Sequence record: MH159197.1
Strand: one strand, 5' to 3'
Source of the DNA: Staphylococcus phage VB_SavM_JYL01
Length of the DNA: 64,000 nucleotides
Positions 15,185 to 25,808 of this stretch are shown here, in pieces; positions within the stretch are counted from its first letter, which is position 1; every line of letters begins with the position of its first letter. Both the position numbers and the translations under genes were made by a program. Below the pieces are notes generated by a model. The model was not told where the DNA came from and searched no databases. It saw only the letters and a program-made list of their open reading frames with translations.

Positions 15185-17002
15185 ATGGATGGAAAAGAAC
15201 TAATTAAGATAGCACAAGAAACATTTCAAACTGAAAAAATAACAAGAGAACAGATAGACCATATAATCAATATGTTAAACCCTTCTACCTATATGCTTAA
15301 GTATCACACACTAAGAGGACACCCTATAACTTTCAGCATTCCTAATAGAGATAGAAGTAAAGCACAGGCTCATAGACCATGGCAAACTAGGATTGTAAAC
15401 GATACTCATCCTAATAAGGCTGTAATAAAATCACGTCAGTTAGGTCTTAGTGAGATGGGTGTAATGGAAATGGTTCATTTTGCAGATATGCATAGTTATG
15501 CCAATGCAAAGTGTTTATACACATTCCCTACAAATGAACAAATGAAAAAATTTGTTCAGTCTCGTTTGAACCCTGTATTAGAAAAAGAATATTTTAGAGA
15601 TATTGTTGATTGGGATAAAGACTCTTTAGGTTTTAAAAAGATAAGAAACTCTAGTTTATTCTTTAGAACAAGTTCTAAAGCAAGTACTGTAGAGGGTGTG
15701 GATATTGACTACTTATCCTTAGATGAGTATGATAGGGTAAACTTATTAGCAGAGTCATCTGCATTAGAGTCAATGTCTTCATCACCTTTTAAGATTGTGA
15801 GAAGATGGAGCACACCATCTGTACCCGGTATGGGTATACACAAATTATATCAACAATCTGACCAATGGTATTATGGTCATAGATGTCAACATTGTGATTA
15901 TTTAAATGAAATGAGTTATAATGATTACAACCCTGATAATCTTGAAGAAAGTGGGAATATGTTATGTGTTAACCCTGAAGGTGTAGATGAACAGGCTAAA
16001 ACAGTACAGAATGGTAGTTACCAATTTGTTTGTCAAAAATGCGGTAAACCACTAGATAGATGGTATAATGGTGAGTGGCATTGTAAGTATCCTGAGCGTA
16101 CAAAAGGTAATAAAGGGGTACGAGGATACCTAATAACACAAATGAACGCTGTATGGATTTCTGCTGATGAATTAAAAGAAAAAGAAATGAATACAGAATC
16201 TAAGCAAGCGTTTTACAATTATATTTTGGGTTATCCATTTGAAGATGTTAAACTGAGAGTTAATGAAGAAGACGTTTATGGTAACAAATCACCTATTGCA
16301 GAAACACAATTAATGAAACGAGATAGATATTCTCATATAGCTATTGGTATAGATTGGGGAAATACTCATTGGATAACTGTTCATGGTATGTTACCTAATG
16401 GTAAGGTAGACTTAATACGATTATTCTCTGTTAAAAAGATGACAAGACCTGATTTAGTTGAAGCAGATTTAGAAAAAATCATTTGGGAAATATCTAAGTA
16501 CGACCCTGATATTATAATTGCAGATAACGGAGATTCAGGAAACAATGTTCTAAAACTCATTAATCATTTTGGAAAAGATAAAGTATTTGGATGTACGTAT
16601 AAATCTTCTCCTAAGTCTACAGGACAGTTGAGACCTGAATTTAATGAGAACAATAATAGGGTTACAGTAGATAAATTAATGCAGAATAAAAGATATATAC
16701 AAGCACTTAAGACAAAGGATATAAGTGTTTATAGTACAGTAGATGATGATTTAAAAACTTTCTTAAAACATTGGCAAAATGTTGTTATTATGGATGAAGA
16801 AGATGAAAAAACTGGAGAAATGTATCAAGTTATTAAACGTAAAGGTGACGACCATTATGCACAAGCAAGTGTTTATGCCTATATAGGATTAACAAGAATA
16901 AAAGAACTTCTTAAAGAAGGAAATGGTACAAGCTTTGGTTCTACATTTGTTTCTACTGATTACAACCAAGAAGGAAATAAACAATTCTACTTTGATGAAT
17001 AG
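15185..17002 (+). CDS. terL: terminase large subunit, uninterrupted
   Basis: 605 aa. T4 gp17-like Walker A variant SRQLGLSE, Walker B DIDYLSLDEYDR, inserted Cys-rich region, nuclease domain. Confidence 0.85.
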   Translation: MDGKELIKIAQETFQTEKITREQIDHIINMLNPSTYMLKYHTLRGHPITFSIPNRDRSKAQAHRPWQTRIVNDTHPNKAVIKSRQLGLSEMGVMEMVHFADMHSYANAKCLYTFPTNEQMKKFVQSRLNPVLEKEYFRDIVDWDKDSLGFKKIRNSSLFFRTSSKASTVEGVDIDYLSLDEYDRVNLLAESSALESMSSSPFKIVRRWSTPSVPGMGIHKLYQQSDQWYYGHRCQHCDYLNEMSYNDYNPDNLEESGNMLCVNPEGVDEQAKTVQNGSYQFVCQKCGKPLDRWYNGEWHCKYPERTKGNKGVRGYLITQMNAVWISADELKEKEMNTESKQAFYNYILGYPFEDVKLRVNEEDVYGNKSPIAETQLMKRDRYSHIAIGIDWGNTHWITVHGMLPNGKVDLIRLFSVKKMTRPDLVEADLEKIIWEISKYDPDIIIADNGDSGNNVLKLINHFGKDKVFGCTYKSSPKSTGQLRPEFNENNNRVTVDKLMQNKRYIQALKTKDISVYSTVDDDLKTFLKHWQNVVIMDEEDEKTGEMYQVIKRKGDDHYAQASVYAYIGLTRIKELLKEGNGTSFGSTFVSTDYNQEGNKQFYFDE

Positions 17003-17816
17003 AGGTGAAATAGACTTGACAGATAAATTATTTTATGGTACAATTAGTAATGAAGAAATTAATAAAAGTGTATTGAATTTGTTATTAGGTGAGGAATTAT
17101 CTTTAGATTATGTTTCTAAAAATAGTGATACCTTAGATGTTAAATATGAACATGTTTATAAATCTCTAGGATTCGATAATTTCTTTGATTGTTTTTTATA
17201 TGCTAATAGAGAACCTGAAATAGTCCATAAAGGTGGAGATAAAAATCTTGGTGGGCTAAATAAGGTTAAACGTACTGTTATTCGTAATGGTAAAGAAATG
17301 GAAATGACAGTTTACGAAGACGGTAATAAAGAAAATGATAGTAAAGAAAAACAAGAAGGCAAAGAAGAAGTTAGTAGAAGTGCAGTAGGAGCAAGAGCTA
17401 TTTCTAATGGTGAAGAAGGAAAGGTAAACCCTAAAAAGGTAGCAAATTCATTATCTAGTTTAAGTAAAAAAGGTGTCGATGTATCACATGTTAGTACAAA
17501 CTCATCATTGTACAAAGAGTTTGTTGATGATAATGGGGATACATTAGGAATTACATCTTTTAAAAGAACTGAAAATGATATAATATTAGAATCTTATGCA
17601 AGTTCACCCGATTCAGATGGTGTAGGGGCTAGAGCTATTATGGAACTATTACGTTTAAGTATTAAGGAAAATAAAAATGCAGTTGTGTATGACATAGAAT
17701 TGCCTGAAGCTATAGAGTATTTAAAAACTTTAGGATTTAAACCTAATAAAGATGGATACATCTTAAGAAAAAAAGATGTAAAACAATTCTTAGGTGATTA
17801 TAGTGATTTTATTTAG
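16996..17816 (+). CDS. hypothetical protein with GNAT-like C-terminal motifs
   Basis: Start moved to ATGAATAG (MNRGEIDL...), overlapping the terL stop. The two GVGARAI-type stretches and the C-terminal LGFKPNKDGYILRKK resemble GNAT motifs A/B. Confidence 0.45.
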
Positions 17817-17976
17817 CACTGTAGTCATCTATTCTATTGTATTTATTCTCTATATTATATTAAAAACAATTTATGTAAAGTCTAATATGAATAGAATAGA
17901 TAACACAACTGAATTATTAAAAATATTACAGGAAGATATTGAAGGAAAGATAAAAAAGGAAGGAAGAAATAAATGA
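17794..17976 (+). CDS. small single-TM protein (60 aa)
   Basis: ORF track. Confidence 0.4.
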   Translation: MIIVILFSTVVIYSIVFILYIILKTIYVKSNMNRIDNTTELLKILQEDIEGKIKKEGRNK

Positions 17977-18452
17977 CTTTAGAAGAAAATAAATTAACAT
18001 TAGAAGAATCAATAACTCCACTTAGTAAAGAGGAGAAAGAGGATAGTATTAAAGAATTTAGTAGTTTATTATGTGAAATGGTAAATAGATTATACAAGTC
18101 TTACAATGTATTTAGACAAGACCCTATGGATGAAACGCAACGTTTAGATGGTTCTCTAATGGTCTTTCAAAGTAGACTAAATGACCCTTTAACAGGAGAT
18201 TTACATGACAAGATGTATAAACTTGCTTTTTCAAAACGCATTGATATTTTTGAAGCTAACAAGCAATTCAGAAAAGATGTAGAATCAGGTAAGGCAATTG
18301 AACTAGGTGATGTAGCTATTATAGATACAGCATTAAGTAATATTCTTTCAGGTAACGAGTTCCAAGGAAGTATTTCGTTTATGCTTAGAAAAGACTTTGA
18401 AGAAAAAGAAAGAATTAGAAAAGAAGAAGAAGAGAAACTTAATAACTTATAA
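17973..18452 (+). CDS. hypothetical protein (159 aa)
   Basis: ORF track. Confidence 0.5.
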   Translation: MTLEENKLTLEESITPLSKEEKEDSIKEFSSLLCEMVNRLYKSYNVFRQDPMDETQRLDGSLMVFQSRLNDPLTGDLHDKMYKLAFSKRIDIFEANKQFRKDVESGKAIELGDVAIIDTALSNILSGNEFQGSISFMLRKDFEEKERIRKEEEEKLNNL

Positions 18453-18493
18453 AAGGGAAGAATTATGAGACTATATAAAATGAGGTATCATAA

Positions 18494-19723
18494 TTGAAAA
18501 AGAAACCACAAGGCAATGAGATAATCATAACCATAATAACGGTTATGATAGCAATATTTGTAGTCATTATGACCATATTTTTTAATAAATACCAAGATGC
18601 TAAAGAAGATAAAGATAGATATCAGAGATTAGTTGAGATTTATAAAAAAGCAGATGATAATGATGGAGAGACTAAAAAGAAATACGTAAAAAGATTAAAT
18701 AAAGCTGAAGAAGAACTTAAAAAAGTAAAGAAAGAAACAAATTATAAAGACTATAATAAGAAGTCAAATAAAGAAAGACAAAAGGAAGATAAAGAAACTA
18801 GAGAGAAAATATATGATGTAACTGGTGATGATGACTTAATATTAGTAAAAAATAATATTGAGTTTAGTGATAAGGTAGATAAACCTGAAATACTTATTAG
18901 TGAAGATGGAATTGGTACGATAACTGTCCCTACAAACAGTGGTTATGAAAAACAAACAGTAGGTTCTATTATTACTAGTGTATTAGGTTCCCCGTTCTTA
19001 TCAACTGATTCACCCGGTATAGATAGTTTAGGTATCATTAATAGTAATGTTTATCCAAATACAGTAGATAGTATAGTAGAAGATACAAATACTTCTACTG
19101 ATAATGTACTAAAGGATAATCCTATTATAACAAATCCAGTTGAACCAACCACACCTTCAGATATATTACCTCCTATTGATAATCCGTCAGTTCCTATATT
19201 ACCTGAAAATCCTGTAGACAATAATTCAGGAAATATAGATAATACGGATAATCCAAACCCTCCACCTCCAGGATATACAGATGAAGATGGAGGTAGAGGC
19301 TCAGGTGGTGGAGGTAATGTTGAACCCCCACCAACGGAAGAACCTTCAGATAACGGTAATACAGGAGGAGGAGATTGGGAAGAAAAACCTGACCCAGGAG
19401 AAGAGCCATCAGATAATGGTAATACAGGAGACAATGAAGGAGAGGTAACTCCTGAACCTGACCCTACACCTTCTGAGCCTGAACAACCTAATGAAAAACC
19501 TAATGAGGGTAATGGTAATGAAGAAAAACCATCCGAACCATCAGATAATCCTGATGAAAATGGAGGATGGGAAACTGAGCCTTCCGAACCTGAAACACCT
19601 TCTGAGCCGGACGATAAGGTGGACGAAGAGGATAAAAACGAAGATACAACAGAGGATAAACAACCTACAGAACAACCGGACGATAATAATACAGATAATG
19701 AGGATAAAACTGAAGAGGAGTAA
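18494..19723 (+). CDS. membrane-anchored protein with long acidic Pro/Gly-rich repetitive C-terminus
   Basis: N-terminal TM IIITIITVMIAIFVVIMTIFF. Repeated EEPSDNGNTG units. Confidence 0.6.
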   Translation: MKKKPQGNEIIITIITVMIAIFVVIMTIFFNKYQDAKEDKDRYQRLVEIYKKADDNDGETKKKYVKRLNKAEEELKKVKKETNYKDYNKKSNKERQKEDKETREKIYDVTGDDDLILVKNNIEFSDKVDKPEILISEDGIGTITVPTNSGYEKQTVGSIITSVLGSPFLSTDSPGIDSLGIINSNVYPNTVDSIVEDTNTSTDNVLKDNPIITNPVEPTTPSDILPPIDNPSVPILPENPVDNNSGNIDNTDNPNPPPPGYTDEDGGRGSGGGGNVEPPPTEEPSDNGNTGGGDWEEKPDPGEEPSDNGNTGDNEGEVTPEPDPTPSEPEQPNEKPNEGNGNEEKPSEPSDNPDENGGWETEPSEPETPSEPDDKVDEEDKNEDTTEDKQPTEQPDDNNTDNEDKTEEE

Positions 19724-19738
19724 TTACTCCTCTTTTTT
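19715..19738 (+). terminator. intrinsic terminator
   Basis: Palindrome gaggagtaa/ttactcctc overlapping the stop codon, then a T6 run. Confidence 0.6.
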
Positions 19739-19774
19739 GTTTGCTATATTAAATAAGAGATAAATATAAAAAAA

Positions 19775-20149
19775 TTGAACATTACGGTGGTGAAAACTTT
19801 GATAGGAATGAATGTTATAACGTCACTATCAGTAGTATTTACCTGTTTAAGTCTTTTAACTTTAATGATTTTTGTTCACAGTAAGTTCTCCAGTAAAAAC
19901 GTTTTTGTTTTGTATGTAATTTATGCTATAATAGGAATAGGTACATACATAGTTTTAACTATGTTTCAAACAACATCTGTACTTATTAAGAATGATGTAA
20001 TAGATTCCATAGAAAATACTGAACATTATATTGGATTCAATGACCCTATAATTATATTTACTATAAGTTTTATAGGGGCAATACTTGGAGGAATTTGGTA
20101 CAAGATGATGAAAATTATTAAAAAGAGTAACTTTAAAGATAAAAAATAA
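19775..20149 (+). CDS. membrane protein (~3 TM)
   Basis: ORF track. The true start may be the internal ATG at ~19808. Confidence 0.5.
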   Translation: MNITVVKTLIGMNVITSLSVVFTCLSLLTLMIFVHSKFSSKNVFVLYVIYAIIGIGTYIVLTMFQTTSVLIKNDVIDSIENTEHYIGFNDPIIIFTISFIGAILGGIWYKMMKIIKKSNFKDKK

Positions 20150-20157
20150 AAAAGACG

Positions 20158-20538
20158 GTGAATAGGTTGATATTCTCTAAAGATAAGAAATGGGATGAAG
20201 CAAAAGATTTCATCAAAGGTCAAGGGATGCAAGATAATTGGATAGAGATTGTAGATTATTATAGACAGATAGGTGGAAAACACGTAGCTGTTTTTATTGC
20301 TTTAAACAAAGTAAAATACATGATTCTAGAAGCAACAAAAGACAATAAAGTAATATTAGTAGATAAAGATAATAATATACTATTAGAAGATTATGATATT
20401 GTTATGGAAAGTAAAAAAATGTTTTATTACATTGAAGAACCGTTCGAGGTTAAAATAAATATCCCTCGACATATTAGAGATGTAACTTATAATAATACTG
20501 TTGTATTAACTACAGTAAGAGGGAGTAGAGGTGACTAG
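20158..20538 (+). CDS. hypothetical protein (126 aa, GTG start)
   Basis: ORF track. Confidence 0.5.
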   Translation: MNRLIFSKDKKWDEAKDFIKGQGMQDNWIEIVDYYRQIGGKHVAVFIALNKVKYMILEATKDNKVILVDKDNNILLEDYDIVMESKKMFYYIEEPFEVKINIPRHIRDVTYNNTVVLTTVRGSRGD

Positions 20539-20541
20539 TAA

Positions 20542-22233
20542 TTGGCAGATTTATTTAAGCAATTCAGATTAGGTAAGGACTATGGTAATAATAGTACCAT
20601 TGCTCAAGTTCCTATTGATGAAGGATTACAAGCTAACATTAAAAAAATAGAACAAGACAATAAAGAGTACCAAGACTTAACTAAGTCTTTATACGGACAA
20701 CAACAGGCTTATGCAGAGCCATTTATAGAAATGATGGATACTAATCCTGAATTTAGAGATAAGAGAAGTTACATGAAGAATGAACATAATTTACACGATG
20801 TTTTGAAAAAGTTTGGTAATAATCCTATTCTTAATGCTATCATACTTACACGTTCAAATCAAGTAGCTATGTATTGTCAACCTGCAAGATACTCAGAGAA
20901 AGGTTTAGGTTTTGAGGTAAGATTAAGAGACCTAGATGCAGAACCAGGTAGAAAAGAAAAAGAAGAAATGAAACGTATAGAAGATTTTATTGTTAATACA
21001 GGTAAAGATAAAGATGTAGATAGAGATTCGTTTCAAACTTTCTGTAAGAAAATTGTTAGAGATACTTATATATATGACCAAGTTAACTTTGAAAAAGTAT
21101 TTAATAAGAACAATAAAACTAGATTAGAAAAATTCATAGCAGTAGACCCTTCTACTATTTTTTATGCAACAGATAAAAAAGGTAAAATTATTAAGGGTGG
21201 TAAGAGGTTTGTTCAAGTAGTAGATAAAAGAGTAGTAGCTAGTTTTACTTCTAGAGAATTAGCTATGGGTATAAGAAATCCTAGAACTGAATTATCTTCT
21301 TCAGGGTACGGATTATCAGAAGTAGAGATAGCTATGAAAGAATTTATTGCTTATAATAATACTGAATCATTTAACGATAGATTTTTCTCACATGGTGGTA
21401 CTACAAGAGGTATTTTACAAATACGTTCAGACCAACAACAATCACAACATGCATTAGAGAACTTCAAGCGTGAATGGAAATCAAGTTTATCGGGTATCAA
21501 TGGTTCATGGCAAATTCCAGTGGTAATGGCAGACGATATTAAATTTGTTAATATGACACCGACTGCTAATGATATGCAATTTGAGAAATGGTTAAATTAT
21601 CTTATTAATATTATATCTGCTTTGTATGGTATTGACCCTGCAGAAATTGGTTTCCCTAATAGAGGAGGAGCTACAGGTTCTAAAGGTGGTTCTACTTTAA
21701 ATGAGGCTGACCCAGGTAAAAAACAACAACAATCTCAAAATAAAGGTTTACAACCTTTACTTAGATTTATTGAAGATTTAGTTAATAGACATATTATATC
21801 AGAATATGGAGATAAATATACATTCCAATTCGTAGGTGGAGATACTAAGAGTGCTACGGACAAACTTAATATTCTTAAACTAGAAACTCAAATATTTAAA
21901 ACAGTCAATGAGGCTAGAGAAGAACAAGGTAAGAAACCTATTGAAGGTGGAGACATTATCTTAGATGCTTCATTCTTACAAGGAACAGCACAATTACAAC
22001 AAGATAAACAATATAATGATGGTAAACAGAAAGAACGTTTACAAATGATGATGAGTTTACTAGAAGGAGATAATGACGATTCAGAAGAAAGTCAATCAAC
22101 AGATTCTAGTAATGCTGATAAAGAAATAGGAACAGATGCGCAAATAAAAGGTGACGATAATGTTTACCGAACTCAAACATCTAATAAAGGTCAAGGGAGA
22201 AAAGGAGAAAAATCTTCTGACTTTAAACATTAA
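20542..22233 (+). CDS. portal protein
   Basis: 563 aa. Lies between terminase and prohead protease. Consistent with the Kayvirus portal as I recall it. Confidence 0.8.
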   Translation: MADLFKQFRLGKDYGNNSTIAQVPIDEGLQANIKKIEQDNKEYQDLTKSLYGQQQAYAEPFIEMMDTNPEFRDKRSYMKNEHNLHDVLKKFGNNPILNAIILTRSNQVAMYCQPARYSEKGLGFEVRLRDLDAEPGRKEKEEMKRIEDFIVNTGKDKDVDRDSFQTFCKKIVRDTYIYDQVNFEKVFNKNNKTRLEKFIAVDPSTIFYATDKKGKIIKGGKRFVQVVDKRVVASFTSRELAMGIRNPRTELSSSGYGLSEVEIAMKEFIAYNNTESFNDRFFSHGGTTRGILQIRSDQQQSQHALENFKREWKSSLSGINGSWQIPVVMADDIKFVNMTPTANDMQFEKWLNYLINIISALYGIDPAEIGFPNRGGATGSKGGSTLNEADPGKKQQQSQNKGLQPLLRFIEDLVNRHIISEYGDKYTFQFVGGDTKSATDKLNILKLETQIFKTVNEAREEQGKKPIEGGDIILDASFLQGTAQLQQDKQYNDGKQKERLQMMMSLLEGDNDDSEESQSTDSSNADKEIGTDAQIKGDDNVYRTQTSNKGQGRKGEKSSDFKH

Positions 22234-22238
22234 TTAAT

Positions 22239-22278
22239 AAGCCTAGAATAAATCTAGGCTTTGTTTATTTTTTTGTAA
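22239..22278 (+). terminator. intrinsic terminator after portal
   Basis: Hairpin aagcctaga/tctaggctt followed by a T-rich run. Confidence 0.6.
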
Positions 22279-22370
22279 TTTAATTTTGATAAAGGTAATA
22301 ACTATGATATACTATATGTAATTGATATTAATACATAAAAAATATTAATATTTCACTTACAAGTTATTAT

Positions 22371-22380
22371 TGTTATATTA
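22371..22380 (+). promoter_or_regulatory. late-promoter motif TGTTATATTA upstream of protease/capsid genes
   Basis: Exact 10-mer ~45 nt upstream of the 22426 ATG. Confidence 0.55.
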
Positions 22381-22425
22381 TTAACGTAAAAGTAAATAAA
22401 ATAACAAGTGGAGGTGTAGACACCT

Positions 22426-23199
22426 TTGGAAGAAATAAAATTTAATGCTTTTGTACCTATGGATTTGAAGAAATCTGTATCAACAGCTTCTGATACTAAT
22501 GAGTATTCTATAGTTTCAGGATGGGCTAGTACTCCAAGTATGGATTTACAGAATGATATAGTTAATCCTAAAGGAATAGATATAGAGTATTTTAAGTCAC
22601 AAGGGTACATTAATTATGAGCATCAAAGTGATAAAGTTGTAGGTATACCTACAGAGAATTGCTATGTGGATATAGAAAAAGGTTTATTTATTGAAGCAAA
22701 GCTATGGAAGAATGATGAAAATGTTGTTAAGATGCTTGATTTAGCTGAGAAATTAGAAAAATCAGGTAGTGGAAGACGTTTAGGTTTTTCTATTGAAGGT
22801 GCAGTTAAAAAACGTAACATAAATGACAATAGAGTTATTGATGAAGTTATGATAACAGGAGTTGCATTAGTTAAAAATCCTGCTAATCCTGAAGCAACAT
22901 GGGAAAGCTTTATGAAATCATTTTTAACTGGTCACGGTACATCACCTGACACTCAAGTTGATGCAGGAGCTTTAAGGAAAGAAGAAATAGCATCTAGCAT
23001 TACAAATTTAGCTTACGTCACTAAGATTAAAGATTTAAAAGAGTTTAATGATGTATGGAATGGCGTTGTTGAAGATTTGAGTAAATCTAATAGTATGGGA
23101 TATGAGGAATCAGTCCTTACGTTACAACTAGCTAAAGGTTTATCTCGTAAAGATGCAGAACTAGCAGTAATGGATATAAACAAACAAAAACTAGAATAG
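22426..23199 (+). CDS. prohead protease (HK97 family)
   Basis: 257 aa. Assigned by position between portal and capsid and by sequence pattern. Confidence 0.75.
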   Translation: MEEIKFNAFVPMDLKKSVSTASDTNEYSIVSGWASTPSMDLQNDIVNPKGIDIEYFKSQGYINYEHQSDKVVGIPTENCYVDIEKGLFIEAKLWKNDENVVKMLDLAEKLEKSGSGRRLGFSIEGAVKKRNINDNRVIDEVMITGVALVKNPANPEATWESFMKSFLTGHGTSPDTQVDAGALRKEEIASSITNLAYVTKIKDLKEFNDVWNGVVEDLSKSNSMGYEESVLTLQLAKGLSRKDAELAVMDINKQKLE

Positions 23200-23217
23200 G
23201 TAAGGAGAATACATTCT

Positions 23218-24177
23218 ATGAGTAAAGAAATGCAAAATATTTTAGAAGAGTATGATAAGTTAAATGCTCAAGAGGCAGTTTCGAAATCTGTAGAAGATGA
23301 TGAAAAGAATACAGTAGAATCTACCGAAGAACAAGTAGCAGAAACAACTGAAGAACCGGCTAAAGAACCTGAAAAGGTTACTGAGGAAGATGCTAAAGAA
23401 GCACAAGAGCAAGGTGAAAAAGTTGAATCTGAAGAGGTAACAGAGGACACTGAAGATGAGGAAGTTGAAAAATCAGCTAAAGAATCAAAAGACCCTGTAG
23501 ACCAAAAAGATACTAAAACAGAAAATAAAGACAACGAGAAACGTAAAAATAAAAAAGATAAAAAAGAAGATTCTGAATCTGATGATGAAGACAAAGATAC
23601 TGACGATGATAAAGATAAGAAAGAAGATAAGAAGGAAAAAACTTCTAAATCAATTTCTGATGAGGATATCACAACAGTATTTAAATCTATCCTAACATCT
23701 TTTGAAAACTTAAATAAGGAGAAAGAAAACTTTGCTACTAAAGACGATTTAAGTGAAGTTAGTAAATCTATTAATGAGTTATCAGCAAAAATTTCTGAAA
23801 TCCAATCTGAAGATGTTTCTAAATCAGTAGACACTGATGAAGAAGAAGCTGTAGAAAAATCAGTAACATCTACAAATGGGGAGCAAGAAAAAGTAGAAGG
23901 TTATGTTTCTAAATCAGTAGACACTGAAGAGCAAGCTGAAACTGGTGAAGCAAAATCAGAAGATGCTGAAGAAGTACAAGAGGATAACACATTTAAAGGA
24001 TTAAGTCAAGAAGAAAGAACTAAGTTCATGGATTCTTATAAAGCACAAGCTAAAGACCCTAGAGCTTCTAAACATGACTTACAATCAGCTTATCAATCTT
24101 ACTTGAACATTAACACTGACCCTACTAATGCATCAGAGAAAGATATTAAAACTGTAAAAGACTTTGCACAAATTTAA
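23218..24177 (+). CDS. highly acidic E/D/K-rich protein; scaffolding protein candidate
   Basis: Position between protease and major capsid. Low-complexity charged sequence. Confidence 0.5.
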   Translation: MSKEMQNILEEYDKLNAQEAVSKSVEDDEKNTVESTEEQVAETTEEPAKEPEKVTEEDAKEAQEQGEKVESEEVTEDTEDEEVEKSAKESKDPVDQKDTKTENKDNEKRKNKKDKKEDSESDDEDKDTDDDKDKKEDKKEKTSKSISDEDITTVFKSILTSFENLNKEKENFATKDDLSEVSKSINELSAKISEIQSEDVSKSVDTDEEEAVEKSVTSTNGEQEKVEGYVSKSVDTEEQAETGEAKSEDAEEVQEDNTFKGLSQEERTKFMDSYKAQAKDPRASKHDLQSAYQSYLNINTDPTNASEKDIKTVKDFAQI

Positions 24178-24193
24178 TTAATGCACAAAGTTG

Positions 24194-24203
24194 TGTTATA
24201 TTA
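24194..24203 (+). promoter_or_regulatory. late-promoter motif TGTTATATTA upstream of the major capsid gene
   Basis: Exact 10-mer, followed by an 8-bp stem hairpin (24229-24250) in the leader. Confidence 0.55.
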
Positions 24204-24292
24204 TACGGTGTAACTAAAGAATATAAATAGGGTACATTTTACTGTACCCTACATAAAATAAAAAGAACACAAATGAAAGGTGATAAATTTAT

Positions 24293-25684
24293 ATGACTAT
24301 CGAAAAGAACCTGTCAGACGTTCAACAAAAGTACGCTGACCAATTCCAAGAAGACGTAGTAAAGTCATTCCAAACTGGTTATGGAATCACTCCTGATACA
24401 CAAATTGACGCAGGAGCTTTACGTAGAGAAATTTTAGATGACCAAATCACAATGTTAACATGGACTAATGAAGATTTAATCTTCTATCGTGATATCTCAC
24501 GCCGTCCTGCTCAATCTACAGTAGTAAAATACGACCAATATTTACGTCACGGTAACGTAGGTCACTCTCGTTTCGTTAAAGAAATCGGAGTAGCACCAGT
24601 ATCTGACCCAAATATCCGTCAAAAAACCGTATCAATGAAATACGTTTCTGATACTAAAAACATGTCAATTGCATCAGGTTTAGTAAATAACATTGCTGAC
24701 CCATCACAAATCCTTACAGAAGATGCTATCGCAGTTGTTGCAAAAACAATTGAGTGGGCTTCATTCTACGGTGATGCTTCATTAACTTCTGAAGTTGAAG
24801 GTGAAGGTTTAGAATTTGATGGTTTAGCTAAATTGATTGACAAAAATAACGTAATTAACGCTAAAGGTAACCAATTAACTGAGAAACACTTAAACGAGGC
24901 GGCTGTACGTATCGGTAAAGGTTTCGGTACAGCTACAGATGCTTACATGCCTATTGGTGTACACGCAGACTTCGTTAACTCAATCTTAGGTCGTCAAATG
25001 CAATTAATGCAAGACAACAGCGGTAACGTTAACACTGGTTACAGTGTAAATGGTTTCTACTCATCTCGTGGATTCATTAAATTACATGGTTCTACAGTAA
25101 TGGAAAATGAATTAATCTTAGATGAATCATTACAACCATTACCAAACGCTCCTCAACCTGCTAAAGTTACAGCTACAGTTGAAACTAAGCAAAAAGGTGC
25201 TTTTGAAGATGAAGAAGACCGTGCAGGATTATCATATAAAGTAGTAGTTAACTCAGATGACGCTCAATCAGCTCCTTCTGAAGAAGTAACAGCTACAGTA
25301 TCTAACGTTGACGATGGTGTTAAACTTTCAATCAGTGTTAACGCTATGTACCAACAACAACCACAATTTGTTTCTATCTACCGTCAAGGTAAAGAAACAG
25401 GTATGTACTTCCTAATCAAACGTGTACCAGTTAAAGATGCACAAGAAGATGGAACAATCGTATTCGTAGATAAGAACGAAACATTGCCTGAAACAGCAGA
25501 CGTATTCGTTGGTGAAATGTCACCACAAGTAGTTCACTTATTCGAATTACTTCCAATGATGAAATTACCATTAGCTCAAATTAATGCTTCTATTACATTT
25601 GCAGTATTATGGTATGGTGCATTAGCATTACGTGCTCCTAAAAAATGGGCTCGTATTAAAAACGTTCGTTATATCGCAGTTTAA
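24293..25684 (+). CDS. major capsid protein
   Basis: 463 aa, HK97-fold-type composition. Highest codon quality in the window. Position. Confidence 0.85.
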   Translation: MTIEKNLSDVQQKYADQFQEDVVKSFQTGYGITPDTQIDAGALRREILDDQITMLTWTNEDLIFYRDISRRPAQSTVVKYDQYLRHGNVGHSRFVKEIGVAPVSDPNIRQKTVSMKYVSDTKNMSIASGLVNNIADPSQILTEDAIAVVAKTIEWASFYGDASLTSEVEGEGLEFDGLAKLIDKNNVINAKGNQLTEKHLNEAAVRIGKGFGTATDAYMPIGVHADFVNSILGRQMQLMQDNSGNVNTGYSVNGFYSSRGFIKLHGSTVMENELILDESLQPLPNAPQPAKVTATVETKQKGAFEDEEDRAGLSYKVVVNSDDAQSAPSEEVTATVSNVDDGVKLSISVNAMYQQQPQFVSIYRQGKETGMYFLIKRVPVKDAQEDGTIVFVDKNETLPETADVFVGEMSPQVVHLFELLPMMKLPLAQINASITFAVLWYGALALRAPKKWARIKNVRYIAV

Positions 25685-25714
25685 TAGAATAAGAAAAACT
25701 GAATACAAGAGAAT

Positions 25715-25747
25715 AGGGATAAACTTAGGGTTTATCCCTTTTTTATT
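25715..25747 (+). terminator. intrinsic terminator after the capsid gene
   Basis: Hairpin agggataaa/tttatccct followed by a T7 run. Confidence 0.65.
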
Positions 25748-25756
25748 AAAATAAAC

Positions 25757-25785
25757 TTGAAGGGACTCAATAAATATGTTATACT
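25757..25785 (+). promoter_or_regulatory. promoter-like TTGAAG-17-TATACT; its -10 region overlaps a TGTTATACTA late-motif variant
   Basis: Seen in sequence. The first ATG of the track ORF lies inside this element. Confidence 0.4.
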
Positions 25786-25808
25786 ATAAGAAATTACTAA
25801 ATACAAAA

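Noticed and set aside
16923-16995. N-terminal extension of ORF 16923..17816 reading through the terL 3' end
   Set aside because: An ATG at 16996 with stop-start overlap is the more plausible start.
19051-19434. Two antisense ORFs within the repeat tail of 18494..19723
   Set aside because: They are repeat-driven open frames on the opposite strand of a supported gene.
23268-23834. 188-aa Ser-rich minus-strand ORF antisense to the acidic scaffold-like gene
   Set aside because: It is a low-complexity artefact of GAA/GAT-rich sense codons, has no RBS, and is fully nested in a better gene.
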